DNA of 64,000 nt from a virus (Duplodnaviria > Heunggongvirae > Uroviricota > Caudoviricetes), in the IMG/VR virus record IMGVR_UViG_3300031555_003801, positions 64,001 through 128,000 of that record; one strand, given 5' to 3'. The position numbers were made by a program, and so were the translations under genes. Below the pieces are notes generated by a model. The model worked only from the letters and a program-made list of their open reading frames with translations, ran no database searches and was not told the DNA's origin. Below, one piece after another: positions 58,308-64,000 of this stretch (within the stretch, counting starts at the first letter, position 1; each line of letters starts with the position of its first letter).

Positions 58308-59408
58308 TTATTTAGATAACTGACCAGCATAGTTTACAACCTTGCCAGTAATTCCATCAAGGTTCCAAGTAGCCATTTGACCCATTAAAGCAGTGTCTAC
58401 ATAGCAGCAGATGTTATTTGCTAACATAGCAACTACGCCAACTTTCTTATAAACATGCATTTCTCTACTTCTGTCATAACCGGTATATTCGTCAACGATA
58501 GTAGCACCTTCGAAAGCAATCTTAACTGGTTTGTTATCAGCACCAGTAGGAATAATCCAAGCATAACCAGGATCGATTACCTTAGTAGTGTTAGTTTCAT
58601 CTTCGAATCCTTGTTCTAAGATTACAACTTTATGTCCCTTATAGTCAGCAAGACGTCCAGTTCTCCATAATTCATCCTTCATGGATTCTGTATATCTCCA
58701 TGCTTCCTTAGGAATCATGTTTACAGCAAATTCATAAGTACAATAAATAGTAGGAACGCCATAAGCAGAAGCAATTACTAATAATCTATCAAATGATTTT
58801 TCATCAAAACCATTAGCAGCTACTCTATTTGCAGGAGGTAATTGATTTACAGATGCCTTTAATGCGTGAGCAACTTCCTTGCTTACTAATTCATCCATAC
58901 CTTCCATTACAATATTAGTAACTTCAGCAAAATCTACTCTACCATCTAAGAATTCTTCGAAACCGATAGAAGCAGCACCACCAATAGCACTAGTTCTAAC
59001 TTCGAAAGATTCTTCGTTCTTACTTAATTTGAATACTTCATAAATACCAGCTAATCCAACACGAGTGATGAACTGCTTAGCTCTCTTATTGGAACCTAAT
59101 TTTCTTCTGAAAATTGGCTTGTCTCCCTGAGCAAAAACCTTAGTTTCTGCAAACTGGTCATATCTTTCAGAAACCTTTTTAGGGAATACTTCATCAATTG
59201 TTTCTTCAATAATTGAGAAGATTGTGTTCTTATTTTCTCTATATAAAGCATAAGTGCTTGCTAATTCATTAAATTCATTACGAAGAGTTTCATTTAATGC
59301 TTCGTAAGATAAGTTTTCACCATTATAGCTATAAGCAACAGGAGCAGAAGGATTAGCTTTTGCAACTTGCTTAGCTAAAGCAACTAAATTTTGTCTATCT
59401 AAAGCCAT
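58308..59408 (-). CDS. Major capsid protein (366 aa); no TAG
   Basis: Start MALDRQ follows AAAGGAG. Size, position after the protease/scaffold, motif IGFEEFLDGRVDF and a strong downstream terminator fit this call. Confidence 0.8.
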   Translation of the reverse strand: MALDRQNLVALAKQVAKANPSAPVAYSYNGENLSYEALNETLRNEFNELASTYALYRENKNTIFSIIEETIDEVFPKKVSERYDQFAETKVFAQGDKPIFRRKLGSNKRAKQFITRVGLAGIYEVFKLSKNEESFEVRTSAIGGAASIGFEEFLDGRVDFAEVTNIVMEGMDELVSKEVAHALKASVNQLPPANRVAANGFDEKSFDRLLVIASAYGVPTIYCTYEFAVNMIPKEAWRYTESMKDELWRTGRLADYKGHKVVILEQGFEDETNTTKVIDPGYAWIIPTGADNKPVKIAFEGATIVDEYTGYDRSREMHVYKKVGVVAMLANNICCYVDTALMGQMATWNLDGITGKVVNYAGQLSK

Positions 59409-59424
59409 TTTCTTTTCTCCTTTC

Positions 59425-60156
59425 TTATGCAATTCTCATAATCTTAACGCCTTTTTGATGATCAGGCATTGTATAAACTTTAACTACTTGCCACTTCATG
59501 TCGCCTTCGCCTACTTCTAAAATACCAGTTGCACCAGGAGTAAGGATTTGACCTACTTCTAATGTCTCAGCATTAATAGTATTAGTAGTCATAATATCGC
59601 CAACATTAGTCTTGAATACTCTAGGAACCATAGTTGTTCCTTCTGGCATCATTTGTTCTTTTGTTAAGGATTCGATATGGAAAGGATCTTCATTATAATA
59701 AGGTTCGTACATATCTGGAGCAGCTGTTACATCATCAAATGCATAAGTGTTTTCTCCAAGAGTAATGGAATCATTACCATCAGCATCAACACCGTTATAG
59801 TAACGAGACTGCTTATCCCAATTAGTATCAGCAGCAACTGGGCTATAAACACGAGCTTGATAGTTATCCTTTAACATAGCAAATTCGCAATCCCATTGAT
59901 GTTCTCTGTATAATTTAATTTCGTTGTATACAAGCATCCATTCGCCAGCGCCTTCAAAATTAACAACGCCATTAGCGTAGTCATATTTAACAAATTGACC
60001 CTGTTCTAATACTTCGATATCCTTAGCCGCAGGTAACTGAGCATAAATTTGACCAGTCTTTCTAGCGGATAAATGATTAGGTTCAACCTGACCAAAACCG
60101 AATTCAACATAAGATGCTTGACTCTTAATATGATTCTTTAAGAAATCAGTAAACAT
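59425..60156 (-). CDS. Capsid-associated structural protein (decoration/cement-like); no TAG
   Basis: Contains FGQVEPNHLS..GQIYAQLPA..PRV..TNVGDI.TTNT and lies between the scaffold and MCP genes. Confidence 0.55.
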   Translation of the reverse strand: MFTDFLKNHIKSQASYVEFGFGQVEPNHLSARKTGQIYAQLPAAKDIEVLEQGQFVKYDYANGVVNFEGAGEWMLVYNEIKLYREHQWDCEFAMLKDNYQARVYSPVAADTNWDKQSRYYNGVDADGNDSITLGENTYAFDDVTAAPDMYEPYYNEDPFHIESLTKEQMMPEGTTMVPRVFKTNVGDIMTTNTINAETLEVGQILTPGATGILEVGEGDMKWQVVKVYTMPDHQKGVKIMRIA

Positions 60157-60183
60157 ATTCAGTATATCCTCCTTGTATTATTA

Positions 60184-61707
60184 TCACATATTTTTCGCAG
60201 TTTTAAGTGCGGCCTTAACCCAAGCTGGAACAGATTCATCTTGTGTATCTTCTAAATTGAAAGTTGTTGCTCCAGGCATATCGTCTTCTTCTTCTAAGTT
60301 AAAGCTTACTTTGTTGCGCACGCAAATAATAGAAAGTTTTGCTTCAATATCACCTAAAGAATAAGTATCAATATTAGCAATTACATCTGCTTTATCTTCA
60401 TCAGTTAGCATATAGAAACTAGCAATCATTTCTTCTTTTTCTTTTCTTTCAGCCTGTTTCTTAAATTCAGCTAAAGGTTGAATTTCTTCTTCTAAAGCAT
60501 TTTTTTCTTCTACTAAAGCGTTATATTTTTGTTCTAATTCAGAATATTGTGTCATTAAATCTTGATATTCTGGAATTTCATCTAAGCAATATTCCTTCTT
60601 ATCTTCTTCTTTCTTGCAAGTACACTCATCTTTTGGCTTACCGCATTCAGGACACTTTTCTTCTTCCTTATTGTCTTCAGCAAATTCTGTTTCTTTGCCT
60701 TCTAAATTATCATCAATTTGTTGATTATCAACTTTTTCTAAATTGTCCACAAATTCTTGAATTTTTTCTAAAGAAAATTGAGGTTCTTCTTTTTCAGCAT
60801 AATCAACTAATTTTTCTAATTTCGCAGGAATAAATCCTTCTTCTTCAGACATAGAGAAGTTTAAAGAATAATATTCTTCGCCGTTCTGTAGAACTGCAAA
60901 TTTCTGTTCTTCATTTTCACAAAATTCTACAATGCGATATTCTGTGTCTGAATAAGTTTCTTTTAAATAGCTGTATAGAGCTGTCCATAGAGCATCGCCA
61001 ATTTCAACAGCGTATCTATTAAACATTTTTGCTCCTCCTTCTTTTAAGAATTCTGTTAGTTCTTGCATCATGGAGAATAATTGTTGTTTGAAATCTTCCT
61101 TGAATGAGAACTAAACGTTTGTAATTTGAGAACCTTCAAAACAAGGTTCGAACTCTTCCCCTAAAATACATAATTTAGAGATAATAGCCTCATTTATAAT
61201 AAAAAATTCCGGATATCCATTTTCATCTTTTGACCATTCAGCCTTAATTGTTTCTTCATCTAATTCCATAGATTGATTATTTCCGGAAGTTATTATTCTT
61301 TGACATTCTGGATATTGTCCTGTCCAAAGATAACCTTCAGTCATTAAATATTCATGTTCATTTTTTCCATCATCTAAAAATTTCTAAAACCAAACCTTAG
61401 CTCCTAAATCAACAAAACCATAAGGTCTAGTAGTATCTTCAATATTGAATTCACCATTAGAAATTGTAATCTGTCTATTATGTTCTTCAAAATCTTTTGC
61501 GTTCTTATTAAAGAATCCAACAATTGGACTTCCAGGTAATGAATTAGCCATTTCACGCGCAACATCTTTTGTAATAATACTGCGGTTACGATTTGGTTCA
61601 TCACCAACATAACAAACTTTAATCTAGCATTTAGAAATCAATGGATTAAGAGGCTTAACATTTATAATTTCAATTGGGCTATCCAATTTAATACTCATAT
61701 GTTTCAT
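60184..61707 (-). CDS. Prohead protease with fused acidic scaffold domain (507 aa); 3 TAG
   Basis: GGGGAGG RBS. Reads ISKC*IKVCYVG..NRN.S.ITK..A..SLPGSPIVG..LMTEGYLWT..QSMEL..LCILG..EPCFEG, with a Glu-rich coiled-coil C-terminus. TAG at 61624, 61384 and 61111. Confidence 0.8.
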
Positions 61708-61723
61708 TCAATAATCCTCCCCA

Positions 61724-63337
61724 TTAAGACATTGACTCTTTATTCTTTATTGTTTTTTCACTTTTCTAACTATCTTCCTTTTCAGGTCTACCACCCTTAT
61801 CTCCAGAAGAAGCACCTGTTTTACTTTGACTTTTACTTGTGCTTGTCTAATCTTTTTTACCCAAAACATCTTCTCCATTTATAGTATTACTTGATAATGG
61901 AGGAATCATAATTTCGCTTAAATGTAAGAAATCATTTTCAAAAGTAATAGAATTCAAAATAAAACTTTGTGAATGTCCAAGAGCAATCTAAGGTAGCATT
62001 TTTGAATATCCAATTTGAGTTTGCTCTTTATATAATTTTGCTAATTCTTTATAATTATATTGCGTTGTTTCTAACATATATAATTTAAAATTATATTTTT
62101 TTCTATTTGTATTCTTTGATTGAATATGTCTATCAAAGAACATTGAAAATTGTAATAATAGATTGCGTCCTGATGATTCATCATTTAAAATAGATTTTTC
62201 AAGAGATAAATTTCCATCCGTATTAAATAAATTCTATGAAACACCAAGTGAATTATATACAGTTCGTTCTACTTTAGCTAAATCATCAGTAGTTGTAGTT
62301 GTATTTTTATCAGATAAATCAATCGACTCTACATCGGCAAATGTAGTTAAAATATCTACCCCAACCGCACGTTTTAACATTTGAACCGCATTATTATGAA
62401 TATCTCTTGCTTCATCAATATCAAAAATTAAATCGCCATTCTTATCCATTGGAAGTTTTTGAATTAAAATCTTTAATAACTTCTACATTTGTTTTCTGCG
62501 GTCTAAATCTTGGGCCGCATCTAAATCAATGATAGAAGGAATTGCAGTAATGAATTGCGGCACATCGCTTCCATTAAAATTAAATTTCACAGAATTTTTA
62601 GGATCTAATAAATACCAACTACCACTATCTCCCTAAAAATCTGGTTCTAATTTTCTCTTTTGGTATAAAATATATCCCTTCTTAAATTCATCTGGGAATA
62701 AATTTAATACTTTCATACGATAATTAACATCTCTAAAAGTATCAAAAAATTTCATATTAAATTCAATTGCCGGCATGCCTTGAACAGAGTATCTTGAACG
62801 GCAATATTCAACAGGAAGTTGTTGTAAAATAATACCTTCTGTAGAAGGAACTACATAACCATAATAACAACCATTCTTTATTACTTCAAGAGCAATATCT
62901 CCGCAAATCTTTTTAAGATAAGAATTATCTAAATAATTTAATACTTTACAAAAATCTGTTAATACTTTTTCTTCTTTTACTTTATCATCATAAATCTCAG
63001 GAACTACATACCAATCATATCTATATAAAAAAGCAAAATAATTACATACTCTTTCATAAATACCACTTGTCTGATAATAAAAATTTGATATAGCGCGCAA
63101 TGTTGGAATATCTTTTTCCATCAAAGCTCTTAACACTTCTTTTTTACTTCCAAATGGGTGTCTTAAACAATCCTATCTAGAAGAATTTAAGGAGCCTAAC
63201 TCTAAAACTGCATCGTCTAAAACTTTAGGCCCCACCTTAATCTTTTTATAATCAGAAACTGTGGAATAATCTCGATATCCATTCATATCGAAACCTTTGG
63301 CATGAATTTGCTCATTACGAGATAATTCTTTTTCCAA
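61724..63337 (-). CDS. Portal protein (537 aa); TTG start; several TAG
   Basis: AGGAGG RBS. Track ORFs 62633 and 62234 are in frame. Reads LRAIS..FY..SGIY.R.C.Y..LYRYDW..LKILIQKLP..GVDILTTFADVE..GVS*NLFN..GGRP..KSEKTI.NKESM. Confidence 0.8.
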
Positions 63338-63351
63338 AATTCCACCTCCTC

Positions 63352-63708
63352 TTAATATCCTGCTTTTTGCATTATATAATCGTAAGAAATAAGATTTTCT
63401 TCATTATATGGAATTTCAATTAATCTAAAATCATGCAAAGCACAAAATCTTCTCTTTTTGTTATCATTGTGCTACTATTGATAAAGACCTCGTTTACCAC
63501 CAAATTTAGAACTAGCTTCATAATGCTATCTTCCTTGATATTCAATAATAAAATCAATATTACCATCATCATCAAAAACAACAAAATCAAAGCGAAGAGG
63601 TCTACCATTTTCACTTCTTAAATCTGGAAAAATATATTCCATCTAAAATCGTAATCCAGCTTCTGTTAAAATTTCTTCAATTTTAATTTCACCTCTACTG
63701 GCTCTCAC
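63352..63708 (-). CDS. Vsr/DUF2726-like PD-(D/E)xK endonuclease; 4 TAG; absent from ORF track
   Basis: GTG start after AGGAGG. Reads MRASRGEIKIEEIL..LRFDF..IEYQGR*HY..NDNKKRRFC..LIEIPY. Confidence 0.8.
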
Positions 63709-64000
63709 AGTTTTCCTCCTCTCTAATTCTTTCTCTAATATTGGTTGAAGATAAATCGTGTTTCCTTGTATTATAAATAATATTTATATTTAAATCTTTA
63801 CAAAGCTATTTACCAGTAAAATCACGATTAATATAATCAGCACCAACAAATCTAACATCTATAGGTAAACATTTTAATATTAATTCTAAATCTTTTTCCC
63901 CCATTAAAGGAAAAATTTCATCTACTGCTCTGTGAGTTCTTAATTGTAAATAACGTTCTAATAAAGATTCAATAGGCTTATTTTTAATTAATGGACGATC
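63689..64000 (-). CDS. Cytidylyltransferase (TagD/glycerol-3-phosphate CTase-like), C-terminal part; 5' end outside window; 2 TAG
   Basis: Reads DRPLIKNKPIESLLERYLQL..AVDEI.P..EKDL..DVRFVGADY..DFTGK*LC..IIYN.R.HDLSSTNIRERI. Confidence 0.75.

Noticed and set aside
427-63614. Off-frame track ORFs 427..630, 7207..7467, 10553..10753, 16114..16350, 22872..23063, 61404..61610 and 63420..63614
   Set aside because: They overlap better-supported genes in another frame or strand and have atypical composition.
4775-63621. Short plus-strand track ORFs inside the minus-strand region (e.g. 4775, 4979, 5272, 6452, 6743, 8466, 9019, 12692, 30467, 38691, 60549, 62163, 63433)
   Set aside because: These are antisense shadows of real minus-strand genes, with no RBS and no recognisable motifs.
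38711-63691. TGA recoding (table 4/25)
   Set aside because: TGA acts as a normal terminal stop at 38711, 51661, 57012 (ATGA overlap) and 63689, and I found no internal in-frame TGA.
8427-63708. Fragmented ORFs read as pseudogenes, a decayed prophage or sequencing errors
   Set aside because: Every break I checked is an in-frame TAG. There are no frameshifts and no internal TAA/TGA in the gaps examined, and TAGs fall at conserved Gln positions.
1-64000. Amber suppressor tRNA or other RNA genes
   Set aside because: After table-15 annotation the intergenic gaps are 250 nt or less and AT-rich, with no cloverleaf or T-loop motif. A suppressor, if present, must be outside the window.

Overview
This is 64 kb of a large, AT-rich tailed phage with a long siphovirus-type tail module and no sheath gene. 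The host is most likely an anaerobic Bacillota/Clostridia species, judging from NrdD/NrdG, AAGGAGG ribosome-binding sites, TG-extended sigmaA promoters and a LytTR regulator. The supplied ORF track is misleading because the phage reads TAG as glutamine (translation table 15). In-frame TAGs sit exactly where conserved Gln is expected (NrdG FFT*GC, RuvC-like ALD*SS, holin ATN*TYV, nuclease EYQGR*HY), and the fragments join in frame into about 49 genes that end in TAA or TGA. By my hand count, 34 of these genes contain TAG. Layout: 1-4280 (+) nucleotide metabolism and recombination genes (nrdD end, nrdG, dut, RuvC-like) plus a holin-like gene. 4281-8029 is an island bounded by two bidirectional terminators, holding a six-gene operon of unknown function (-) that diverges from a degenerate LytTR/AgrA-like regulator (+). 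8028-64000 (-) is the morphogenesis region: cytidylyltransferase, nuclease, portal, prohead protease/scaffold, capsid, neck, tail tube, a 2572-aa tape measure protein, baseplate, a large set of fibre/adhesin proteins, and a holin. The fibre set includes a 2224-aa protein with a CotH-like kinase domain, a fibre ending in a Hint domain, and a fibre ending in a peptidase-G2-type chaperone. I saw no tRNA (so no amber suppressor), CRISPR array, integrase, terminase, endolysin or reverse transcriptase in this window. All domain calls come from motif recognition by eye, not from database searches, and codon counts are hand counts.
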